Shown here in pieces: positions 1-11,201 of a stretch of DNA of 64,000 nucleotides. Made by a program: the position numbers and the translations under genes. Location: the NCBI GenBank assembly GCA_964188305.1, contig OZ076889.1. One strand, written 5' to 3'. The stretch is from Podarcis bocagei (Eukaryota). Under the pieces are notes generated by a model. It was not told the origin of the DNA. It saw only the letters and a list, made by a program, of their open reading frames with translations, and did not search any database. The first letter of the stretch is position 1, and every line of letters starts with the position of its first letter.

Positions 1-576
1 TACACAATGGTAACGATTCTGTATTCACTGCGGAATAGTCCAGTGGTAGAACAGGAAATGATCTATTGACTTACTGCAAAACAGAGGGCAGAAGAAGAGA
101 CATGGAAACTTTGAGAAGTTCTGTTCCATGAGCCTTGCCAGGTCCTGCCTGATTCACCCCTTCCATCCTTAGGGCACTTACTGCCTTCACTTGTTTCAAC
201 TTACTGTCCCAACAGAGAAAAATGGTACAAATCTGTGGAACACTTCCTCCCTACGAGGCCACAATGACCAACCATTCTGAATAATTTGGGGGTCTCCGGA
301 ACCTCAACTATATCCAAGCTTTAGCATTCGTGAGGGTTCAGTAGGAACCCTTGTGAAGGTCCAGCCTCTTTCTAGGCAAGCAAGAGGATGGCCATGAACC
401 CTAGTTGGAACCTGCCAAGATCCCATAAGAGGTTGCTCAAATGAGTAGGTTCACGGCACTCTAATCTTCCTCAGATGCAACAGCAAACCATAGTTTTGTC
501 AAATTGGGAAATAATTATTATGCTGTTTATGTCAGAGGGAGAGGGAGAATGCAAGCACATTCCTGATCCTGTAAAT

Positions 577-712
577 CAGCCTTTCCCAACCTTGGGTTTC
601 CAGATGTTGTTGAACTACCACACGCATCATCCACAGCCAACAGGAGAATCAGTCAGGGATGGTGGAAGTGGTAGTCCAATAACATCTGGGAACCCAGGGT
701 TGAGAGAGGCTG
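577..712. mobile_element. Short palindromic MITE (common squamate hAT-like element)
   Basis: Imperfect long TIRs cagcctttcccaaccttgggtttccagatgtt / aacatctgggaacccagggttgagagaggctg. Degraded relatives near 50.8, 55.3, 63.2 and 63.9 kb. Confidence 0.65.
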
Positions 713-3415
713 CCTGTTGTCTAAATGCAGCCCGCCTCTGTCTTCTCTACCGAATCTACTTCCCCCACTTCTCAAAATTCAGCATCACAGCCCAAAGCCA
801 TTTTCTTTTAGATTTACCTAGGCATTTCAATAGATTTTACTGATTCACAGCACAGTCCTATCCACATGCCCAATGAATGTTCTACTGGCTTCAACACAGA
901 CTAAGTTGCAAGCCCTGCTGAGTTCAACAGAACCTACTTCCAGTTAAATATCTGCAGGGTTCTGCTGTTAATGGAACAAGTTTTAATCCATTTGAAGAGT
1001 TTTATCTGCTGTTTTCTTGTTTCAGTTTGCATTTGTTTTATGTTGCAGCACAGCACCCTGAAATCTAATATGACGGAAGGGTGATATAAAGTGTTTTAAC
1101 ATAAAATAAAGGGAGGTGAGGCGAGGGGAAGAAACAGACATTTTTATTGCTTGGCCATAAATTTATGGATGGAAAATAATAAAGTATGCAAGCAGTGCCA
1201 AAAGTGAGAGTTTTTAATATAAACATCCATGGATGAAGGGAGCCGACCATGAAATGTAATAAAACTAGAACGTGCTTTAATCTCTGGTGAAGAGTGGAAC
1301 GCAAACCTCCCGCAAGTTCTGCAGAAAGGGAGCATTCTCCTTTGTTACTGCCCCCAAGGAGCGAATGCCGGGAAGCTGCTCCATCACGTTCACTGCTGAG
1401 ACAAGCAGGAGAGATTGGGGTGCGGGTGGGCAGGTCATGACATAAGGAAAGAGAAACAAGCAAAGAGGCAAGATGTGTTGACAGTCAGCAGCTTTGACTA
1501 TTTGGGCCTCATTTGAATATTTTTAAATATTTTGGTGGCATAATCATAATGCTGGCTTTTTCACTTTTAATACCATTATGATATAGTTTTGCTGCTTTGT
1601 AAGGGTTTTTTAAAAAGTTTATTTTATTATATGCTGTGGTTGCAAATTGCTTTAGGAAGGCTTGTCATGAAAAGCAGTACACAAATGTATTAAATAAATT
1701 AGGGAAAAAATAAATAGATATCATTCTTTTTAATGGTTTGGACACATTTACAGAAGGTTGGATTTATTAATGGCCATTAGATTTGACAGCTGACTAGAAA
1801 GACAGCTTGCCTATCTGTACCAAATGTGCTTCCCATGGTCATATATTTGGGTACTGCACTGTGAAGTCCATAAAACTCAGGTGTAAATACGTGCAAATAA
1901 GGACACGTCTTAAGGACACTACAGTCTCTGTCATGCCTCATTCCAAAGGAACACAAATGCTGCTTGGGTGCCAGACCCCTGGAATCTTCCTACTGCTCAG
2001 CAGAGACTGGGGTGTCTGGTGACAGCACCTTCCCATCTCCAAAACTTTTTAGAGCTCCTCACTTTGTGTAGAGGGAGAGCTAATCTCACTTGCATGTGGC
2101 CTAGGGGAGAGGGGAGACTGCCTTCCCACCCAGTGCCTTCTGCCTAAATGTAAAAAGGCCCACAAGGTGGCTTCCCAAGAAATAAAGAAAACAATAAAAA
2201 CTGAAACCAAGTGAAAACAGCAGTGCCTGGTGAGGTCAATAATGAAGGCACCTGAAGAACATGTCTAGGTAGGGCATTCTACAGTAGGGGAATCAGATCC
2301 TTCACTGGTTGTCTTACCACGTGGGCAAGTTTTTACTGGAAAAGCTGGCCCTCCCAAGATCCTGATCTCAGACTCTTACAGGTCAAAAAATTGTGCTTGA
2401 CCATGAAGCAAGAAGATCTTTTGTGACTGTTACAATATGTTTACCATAGTGAAGCCCAGTGAATGACCTGGTTACCATGTTCTGAATCAGCTGAAGTTTC
2501 TGAATGGATTTTATAACCAGAATCTTACTAGAGAATGGATAACTGTGACATGATTGTGTTTATGCAGAGAAGGTCCCAGTCAGTGGGCTACTGAGAAGAC
2601 GCTAGATGTTATTTAGCAAAGATAGGTGTGTGCCAAGCCTTCAGGATGTCAACACCACGCTGCAACAACTGAAACTCATATGAGAGAAAAGAACAGGTCT
2701 AGTACATCCTGTACTTTATCCAAAGTTACATCCAAGTTGGAGCAGATTTGAGTGGTTTTATCCCTGGAGCTCTCATTGCATGGCATTTGTGCAGACACAA
2801 CTGTAGTGGTGAAGTAAGCTTTCTTTGTCAATACAAGACTAGGCCCCAAAGCAGACTCGAGTATGCATTTGACAGACTCATCCTGGTTCTTTCCCCACTG
2901 GCGTTCCAGCCACTGTCCCTGTTCTGTCCATCATGCCACAGAGAACATAACTGTGGGAAAGAATGCCTAGAGATAACTTTGTTTACCGCATGGGTCATCA
3001 GTCAGAACTTTGGCAAACTTCTAGCCATGCCAGCAGGAAAATCCCCTAGGGCTATCTGGAAATTTCAAGCTTCCTCAGCTACATGGCAAGCCACGTGAGA
3101 GAGGTTCTTGCTTCAAACACCACAGGGCCTGATACCAGTGTGTGAAAATTGGGATCTGAAGGCACTAAGTCTAACCTCCAAGATTCACTTCTGGGAACTG
3201 CTGCGGAAAGGAAAATCTCAAGTAAATCTGGAAGGTCCTGCTCAGACCAAACATCTGTAGGATTTTTGAGTTTCTGTGAGACTGGCAAAATGTGCAGAGC
3301 ACTAGAATAAAACCTTGTGAGGGTTCAGCAAATCCCCACTTTTGGGAAACTGTACATATTATCTGCCACATCCTCTCTATGTACCCTTGATACTCTGAGT
3401 GCCCAAAGCACTTAC

Positions 3416-3547
3416 TTTTAGCCAAACTCTATCGTCCAAGAGCATTTTCTCCCTGTCCGCATCTTGAAGGGCACCGTGACTGGTACAAGGGAACCAAGCC
3501 GCATGGGGGTGATGCTCCAGTGTGTCCTGGGGGTGAGGCTTGCACAC
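3416..3547 (-). CDS. PAPPA2: Pappalysin-2 coding exon (divergent exon with WFPC ... VWLK)
   Basis: cctttccag|GTGTGC ... CTAAAA|gtaagt; 132 nt, phase 0/0; VCKPHPQDTLEHHPHAAWFPCTSHGALQDADREKMLLDDRVWLK (hand-translated). Confidence 0.9.
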
Positions 3548-4706
3548 CTGGAAAGGAGGGGTTTTCAGAGCCGGGAGAGGGGGGGGTTGGGAAAGGAAAA
3601 TAAATTTCAGTCACATTAGAACCAGGGAAATCAGAAACACACAAGTGAAGCTCAGCACAAAACAGTCCCTTAATTGTACCACCAAGTTTGTCGGCAATGA
3701 AAAGGGGTGAGGGCATAAAATTCTCCAGTAGTTTAAGTTCTCTTACCACCACTTTTGGTAGTAGCTGTCACTTTCCCCACATGGTCTCTTGGAACAATGC
3801 ATCTTGTGAGATGGCAAGAATAAAAAAAAAATTAAGGGGGGGGGGAAGCCTATTAAGAGAAATCCTGCTTAGCCCACATCCAGCTTCCCAGAATTCCCTT
3901 TGAATGTTTTCATTTTCTGTTAGCCATGGCTGCAACTAACTGGGGTCCAGAGACCTTCCACTTGAGCGTACAAAGCCATATTTTATTCAATCAAACTTCA
4001 GCTCCTTTAGCCCAGTACTATCAGCCTGGTGGTAGCTTTCTATGGCTCAGCCCTCACTGAGATGGTAAACCCACACCTGGGCTATACCACTTTGGATTGC
4101 TAAAAAAAAGGGGGGGCTCACATCATTGAATCTTCCACCATACAAAAACCTTCACAGAGGACATAAGCCTATCAGGAAGAAAATGAGAGTAGAACCTGGC
4201 TGCCTAACATCTAGTTTTCCGGGTGGCAGGAATGTTGTTGTTTTTTATGGCAGAGTCTCCATAAAAGCATGCAAGTCTCCACCTGGTCTCTGAAGCAATA
4301 ATGGCAAGACACAGGTTGCCCAGGACAAAGTTCATTGCCAGCATTTTGAGATCCTTTAACTGGGGGTGCCTGCAAATTGTGTGCTCTGCCACTGGCTCTA
4401 TAAGCCTTACCCTCACTTCTAAGAGAGAAACGGGGAAGATCTTCATGACTGCCAAGAACAGACACAGAGGTAGAAGTTCAGGAATGGCTGAAGGTAGGCC
4501 TCCCCCATAGACCTCAGTATCTATAGTTGAAAGGTATGCATGTGGGGTTGGAACTTATCCACTGATGTTGCCAGTAAAGTTCAGTTCATCCCAGTTCAGA
4601 GCAGAATCAATAGCTGGCAGACTTGGGAAGATCACAGAGGTTTGGGACATGTTCTTCTTCCAGGAATAACATAAGGGCTTGAATATGAAATAAAAATTCC
4701 CCTCAC

Positions 4707-4900
4707 CCTCACAAGAGGTTCTCCTGTCACCAGGGAAACTGGGCATGCCTTCTGGTCCTGGTGGGAGGCATAAGCCTCTGATGCCCATTGATCCACGTAC
4801 TCTTTGGGGGTGTAGAGACCACAATCCACAATGCTGCTGCTTTTCTCAAACGGCTCACAAATGCCGTCGCCATCAGATACATAGCACAGGCTTGGCTCTC
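4707..4900 (-). CDS. PAPPA2: Pappalysin-2 coding exon
   Basis: tttgcag|GAGAG ... GTGAGG|gtgagg; 194 nt; [64 protein letters not shown]. An in-frame alternative donor lies 6 nt upstream. Confidence 0.93.
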
Positions 4901-5064
4901 CTGCAAATTTGAAAGAACAGCTAAGATGGTGCATTTGCAAATTTATTTTGTGTTATAAAAACACTCATGATACTTTTGTATTCAACATAAGAACAATTCA
5001 CTAACATATATGCATTTGCCTGCACTCTTTCACTTCTCCCTATAACAGAAATTAGTATCTCCTG

Positions 5065-5178
5065 GTTTAGAAGACATCTGAAGGCAGCCCTGTTTAGGGA
5101 AGCTTTTAATGTTTAATAGATTATTGTATTTTAGTGTTTGGTTGGAAGCCGCCCAGAGTGGCTGGGGAAGCCCAGCCA
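5065..5178 (+). mobile_element. L2 LINE 3' end fragment running into the assembly gap
   Basis: Near-identical to 59150-59260 of the L2 copy. Confidence 0.8.
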
Positions 5179-5316
5179 NNNNNNNNNNNNNNNNNNNNNN
5201 NNNNNNNNNNNNNNNNNNNNNNNNNNNNNNNNNNNNNNNNNNNNNNNNNNNNNNNNNNNNNNNNNNNNNNNNNNNNNNNNNNNNNNNNNNNNNNNNNNNN
5301 NNNNNNNNNNNNNNNN
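5179..5316. other. Assembly gap (138 N)
   Basis: Run of N. Confidence 1.
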
Positions 5317-5793
5317 TCTTCCTTTTAAAAGATAATTCAGAGCATGACAACTAAGTTATGTTACATTAGGCTTAGTATATGTTGGATATTTGATTGATCC
5401 CTTTTCCATTTACCTCCCCCCGCCCTGCTGCCATTTTTAGTATTTCTTTCCTCTGAATGATTCTATGAATGTTTGTGTCCCACCCCCTCCAGTGTTCCTC
5501 TATTACTCTCTAAGGCCTGGGTGGCCAATTTGGGGCACTCGGGCTGATACTGACTTCAGCTTCCATCATCCATGACAGGTGGACATGCTGATGGGAGTTG
5601 TCAACCACATTGGCTATCCATGCTCTAAGCACCATGCGCAGCTAGACCCATGTGTGTTCTCCAAATAAAGTGTCCCTGAGGTACATTGATGAAGGTCTAT
5701 AGTCCATGAGGCAGAAGATACTGGTTTTCTGATATGGAACAAGACAAGGTTCTGAGTATTTTTACCAAGCCTGGCCAATCCAGAAGCTTGATA

Positions 5794-6147
5794 GGTAAAG
5801 GTAAAGGGACCCCTGACCATTAGGTCCAGTCGTGACCAACTCTGGGGTTGTGGCGCTCATCTCGCTTTACTGGCCGAGGGAGCCAGCGTACAGCTTCCGG
5901 ATCATGTGGCCAGCATGACTAAGCCCCTTCTGGCAAACCAGAGCAGCGCACGGAAATGCCCTTTACCTTCCCGCCGGAGCGGTACCTCTTTATCTACTTG
6001 CACTTTGACGTGCTTTCGAACTGCTAGGTTGGCAGGAACAGGGACTGAGCAATGGGAGCTCACCCCATTGCGGGGATTCAAACTGCCGACCTTCTGATCG
6101 GCAAGCCCTAAGCTCTGTGGTTTAACCCGCAGCGCCACCTGCGTCCA
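5794..6147 (-). mobile_element. Sauria SINE, full length
   Basis: Head GGACGCAGGTGGCGCTG, (ACCTTT)n tail, 14-bp TSD ccagaagcttgata (5780-5793 / 6148-6161). Confidence 0.93.
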
Positions 6148-6820
6148 CCAGAAGCTTGATACTGCTTGTCAATTACAAGGACTGATTTTGCACCCTTGTT
6201 ACCTCCCATACAGGAAGAGAGGTCCGAGACCAAAACTCAGGTAGCCCATGTGACTAATCCCCTGTCTCAGGCTATGCAATTTGCGATTGATGTCCCTGGC
6301 ACACTTTTTCCTTCTTTCCCCTCCTTCCATAACTTTGTTATTCCTTTATAATGCATTTCTACATACTTATGGGCAGTTGCAGACTAGGCTTAGGAAAACA
6401 GAAAACAAAAACTAGAAGTGGATATTCTGAAAACATGCTGTCTGCAGAGAAGAAAGCCTGCTGTTTCTCGGATGCTATTATATATGTGGTAAGCAGTCCT
6501 GAATCCCTGACTTTTCAGTGTCTAAAGTGATTTTTAAGTCTGCCCACTGCAACCGTGTGAGGTAGGACTCGAACAGAGGCTGAGAGAAACTACCTTCTCA
6601 AGGCCACCAAGAGAGTTCATGGCATCTGTACAGCATCTGAAGCCAAGGAGACCCTGGTCCAAGTCCAACACACTCTCGACTACTTCATACACTGGTCAAT
6701 GGGAATGTTGCCACTGATTTTAATGGAATGTGGCTTTTACCCAAAATGCTTTATAGACCCATGCCAAATGCTTGACAAATGCTCCAATGGTTCTAATATT
6801 TTGAAAATTGCTTCTTTTTT

Positions 6821-6870
6821 AGAAGAAGAAGAAGAAGAAGAAGAAGAAGAAGAAGAAGAAGAAGAAGAAA
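6821..6870 (+). repeat. (GAA)n microsatellite
   Basis: About 16 units. Confidence 0.95.
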
Positions 6871-6922
6871 GAAATAGCACACACACCCCTTCCTCCAACA
6901 TTTCCTGATATATAAAGGTAAA

Positions 6923-7368
6923 TGTCAGGGAACTGCCAAACTGCCATCAGAGGCACGGGAGAAGGAGAGGGTCTCTGATTCTGCAGGAGAAGGTCCCAGC
7001 GCTAGGGGGAGACTCAGCCGGGAAGAAGGGGAAGAGAATGAGTGTAACACCAGGGATCCAGGAGAGCAACGGGACAGGGAGGTGCAGGGGCTCCAGGACT
7101 CTTCGTTGGAAGTTAGTGAGGAGAGCCCAAGCACCCCGCTGCCCACGCCCACCCTGCGCAGGAGACTCCCGCGCAGTGAGAGGCGGAGACGATTGGGCGT
7201 CAAACAAATCTTATGTTGGCAACGCTTTAAGAAACGCCCACAGACAGATTCTACGAGTGACTAAGGGCAGCCACGCTGAGATGGGCTGTGCAGTCCGGAG
7301 GGTTTAACCAGGCAATCTAATGCTCAAACGGAGCAGGATTACGCACGAGTAACTCCCAACCCATTATA
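6923..7368 (+). mobile_element. Solo LTR family A, copy 1 (probably Gypsy-type), nested in a Sauria SINE tail
   Basis: TGTCAGGG...CCATTATA (terminal CA apparently mutated to TA), 5-bp TSD GTAAA (6918-6922 / 7369-7373), homologous to 9347-9778. Confidence 0.85.
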
Positions 7369-7373
7369 GTAAA

Positions 7374-7478
7374 GTAAGGTAAAGGACCCCTGGATGGTTA
7401 AGTCCAGTCACAGGTGACTATGGGGTGCTGGCCACATGACCCAGAATGTTGTCTGTGGACAAATGCTGGCTCCCTTGG
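7374..7478 (-). mobile_element. 5'-truncated, 5'-inverted Sauria SINE (tail continues at 6917-6922)
   Basis: Minus-strand SINE 3' end joined to a plus-strand internal SINE segment; 13-bp TSD cctgatatataaa (6904-6916 / 7479-7491). Confidence 0.8.
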
Positions 7479-7829
7479 CCTGATATATAAAATGCAACGC
7501 CTGCTTTAAGGAAAAGGTTTGCAACACCTTAATCAACTGGCTTCTGAATCTTTGTCAGAACCTGAAGTACCTGCAATGACTTAGATTCTGACAGGGAGGT
7601 GGGGACCACCCACAGACCTGCAGAAGTACGAGATCTGGACCCTGAAACTGAACCCCCCAAAAAACAAAAACGGGGGGCTACTGGAATTCAAGACTCCCAA
7701 CAACTGAGGGAGAACCCCCAGAGATTGCAGCCCCTAATTCAGGCCACAGTGAGAAAGCAATGTCATTGTCCCGAATAGACTAGCATACCAAAACAGTATT
7801 TCTGTGTGATGAGCCAGCCTGAGATCTAT

Positions 7830-8781
7830 GGACGAAGGGTGGTATACAAATGGACAAGAAAAGAAACTAGAGACTGAGGAGGAGGAAGAGATATACGCTG
7901 AACAGGAGGAGCAGAAAGGAGGGGCTGAAATGTTACAGAAGGCATATGAGAGCCGGAGGCCTGCCAAGATGGATATAAAAGAAAATAAGGATTGGAAGAG
8001 GAAAACTTGGTTTGAACTTAGAAATGAGGAATGGAAAGATCTTCCTTTGTGGGGATTTGAAGATCTAGGGTCTATTAATTTGATCAAGGTGGAAGCTGGA
8101 GCTTTTGGGACATTTGGATCCAAGAAATAGGATTTGAGCTCCACCTTTAAACAAGGAGGCCTGGCTGGAAGGAATATGGACATTATAGAGAGAGTGCCCC
8201 TTCGAGACTGGGTGTTAAATACAAGGGACTTTCAAAGAAGCCGGCAGAAAGGGACTGAGAGAGATTTAAGAGCCTCGGACGTGAGGTTGCCAGGCTGATA
8301 ATAGATGGACTAATGGACTATGGTTTTGGGATTGAAACCGGGGAAGGGAGGGTGGGGTTTGGAAATCCAAAGGGGGCTTGATCTTCTTTATTCTGTGTTT
8401 AATTCTGTGTTGCTATTAGTATAAGAATGGGGAATTCGTGGAAGGGAAATAGGGTCGACCTTAGAAAAAGTTTTTTTTTTATAAATGATTGAGGTATATA
8501 AGTTAAAAGTTGATATATTAACTGAACTAAATATAATAATGAATTAAGGTTAAAAATTTAATATAAATAAATATAATAACAAATTAAGGTTAAGAAATTT
8601 GAGATAAGAACTTGTTGGATAAATATTTGGACTTGGAATACAAGAAGGGGAGGTGAGGGGAAGTCGCGGAAAAAAGTTATTGAAAATGGGATTGTAAAGG
8701 ATGAATTCTTTTTTTCTTTTTCTTTTTTCTTTTTGTTTTCTGTATTATTTGAAACTCTAATAAATATTATTTTAAAAAAAA
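7830..8781 (+). mobile_element. 5'-truncated non-autonomous L1-type element, related to 11202-12936
   Basis: Shared 3' motifs (aaaccggggaagggaggg, aatccaaagg, ggggaaYtcgtgg), AATAAA plus A-tail; 5' boundary approximate. Confidence 0.65.
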
Positions 8782-9346
8782 CACACAAATGAATGAATGA
8801 ATGAACGAACGAATGAAATAAAAACTGCCCACCAATGCCCACAGTGTGCTCAGCAAGAAATGATAGAGAGATAATGGAGTGCAAAGATCCAAGCCAGAGT
8901 CCTGTCCCTATAGAGGTCTAAATTTTTCATAAAGGGGAAGAGCCTGGGAAGATATGAAAGTACTAAAAACAAGGCAGGTACGTAAACCAGTCAACCCAAA
9001 CACCAATACTGTCATTAAATTCCACTAAAAAGCCTGAACAAACAGCCTAGTCTTCAGCTAGGTGCTGAAATAAAGAAAACAATAAAATGCAACCGCGTCA
9101 TAATTGGGAAAAGAATTCCAAACTGGGGTGCCACCACCAAGACAGCTCTCTGAAAGGGCCTCTGCTAAAGATTGTACAGTAGGAGAACGCTCCCAGCAGA
9201 TCTTAACAAAATGGAAACCCATTTTTTACATCTCTCCATTAGGAGAACTCTCTGTCCATTTTCATGACATTTCTCTAACTGTTAATTTCCACATTTTATT
9301 TGAGCTTTCACACAATGTAAGAGCCACTTCCAGAACTATAGTGGAA

Positions 9347-9778
9347 TGTAATGTGTATGGGTTGCTCGTGCGTAAGTTGCCGCCTCTCCAGGCTTTGTTG
9401 CCTTGCTAAACCTTTCTGTCTGGACAGCCCTTCACTTCGTGGCTGCCTCAGTCGCTAGCAGAATCCGTCAGTGGGCGTTTCTTAAATCTTTTCCAACATA
9501 AAAGTTGTTTGACACCCAGTCTCCTCCTACTCTCTCTGTGCGAAAGTCTTCTGCGCAGGGTGGGCGTGGGTAGCGGAGGACCCGTGCTCTCCCCGCTGGT
9601 GTCCGGTGAAGAGTCCTGGAGCCCTCTCGCCAATTCCCCCATCAGCCCCTCTATATCCCTGGTGTTGCGCTGATTTGCTTCCCCATCTGCGGAGCTGCCT
9701 CTCTCCCTGCTGGGCCCTTCTCCAGCATCATTTGAGAGCCTTCCCTCCGCCTCTAGCTCTGATGTCAGTTCCCTGACA
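9347..9778 (-). mobile_element. Solo LTR family A, copy 2
   Basis: TG...CA termini, 5-bp TSD TGGAA (9342-9346 / 9779-9783), homologous to 6923-7368. Confidence 0.9.
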
Positions 9779-10198
9779 TGGAACTACAGTAGAATACAGA
9801 ATAAAGTTTAGCACTCATTTCTGTATTATTTGCAAACAGATTGTACCTAGAAGCAAATAACATGGAAATGAAATCAAGGAGGCATCCGAATGTGGAAATT
9901 AATTTCATAATTTTATTTCTGGTTTACAATAAAATAAAACCATAAAAACCAGGAAATTTTTGTATTAAAACATACAAGAAGTTAAAATACTGCTATGATA
10001 ATTTCAGTTACCCTTACATCGGCTGGGTACATGCATGTTCCAGTCATGACAAAAAGGCAAGCTTTTTAGGTACCCGAAATGACTGCGTCTTAGAAGAGTT
10101 GGTCATAGAACAAAGCAGAAAGGCTGTGACCCTGGACTTCATATTAATGGGGCCCTGGACCTGGTATGAGATTTAAGTGCTGAACCATTTGGAAGACC

Positions 10199-10533
10199 AG
10201 GTGGCGCTGTGGGTTAAACCACAGAGCCTAGGACTTGCTGATCAGAAGGTTGGCGGTTCAAATCCCCGCGACGGGGTGAGCTCCCGTTGCTTGTCCCTGC
10301 TCCTGCCAACATAGCAGTTCGAAAGCACGTCAAAGTGCAAGTAGATAAATAGGTACCACTCCTGCGGGAAGGTAAATGGCGTTTCCGTGCGCTGCTCTGG
10401 TTTGCCAGAAGTGGCTTAGTCATGCTGGCCACATGACCCGGAAGCTGTACACCGGCTCCCTCGGCCAATAAAGCGAGATGAGCGCCGCTTTGGTAACGAC
10501 TGGACCTAATGGTCAGGGGCCCCTTTACCTTTA
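10199..10533 (+). mobile_element. Sauria SINE
   Basis: Matches the other copies; ends ccctttacctttac. Confidence 0.92.
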
Positions 10534-11201
10534 CTTATCATAGTGCTATCAAATTCAACGTACATACAAGTCGATAATTGCCAAGAATATCCAGTGCAAT
10601 CACATTTGACTTCAAAAGAGGGATATGGTGCTCATTCTCTATTTCCTTAGCTGATTACTTTTCAATCAGTAAATTCTGAAACAAATATATAATCTTCTGT
10701 AAAAACCATCATCTTTATAACAGAGATGTGGCCCAGCCAAACGAGACTAAGGATCCTCCACAAGCAAATATCCCTCTTTAATTTAGCAAGGGGTTTATAT
10801 AATTATGCTTCCTGAACTAGCAAAATTTCTCTTGAGAGTGGTTCCTTAAGCACTTAAAGCATGCATATGGCAATCACAGGTTAGTTTTTGTAATGCTCTT
10901 TGGTCTTCTCATGTTACATTAAAACGTATCATGTGGGCTTTGGCATAGTTAATCTCTGCTTTATCCCCCTTGCCAGTTCAAGCAAGGGCAAGTCCATTGC
11001 ATTAACTCTGGTGCTTGCTCTTAATCTGGAGTATAACTGATGGAAGTCAGAAACCATTGTCTGAACTGCAGTTTAGTAAGTACTTTCAGCAAAAGAAAAA
11101 GAAAGGCCGTTCAAGACTGTTGAATGCCTTTCAAGCATCAAAACAGAGGAACATTTCTGTATTTGCCCATGATGTAGAACCTTTAAGTCCCTTTACATCT
11201 T

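Noticed and set aside
1-3415. Next PAPPA2 exon (VCF.RP...)
   Set aside because: No matching frame with splice sites found; ORF 1065-1463 lacks pappalysin motifs
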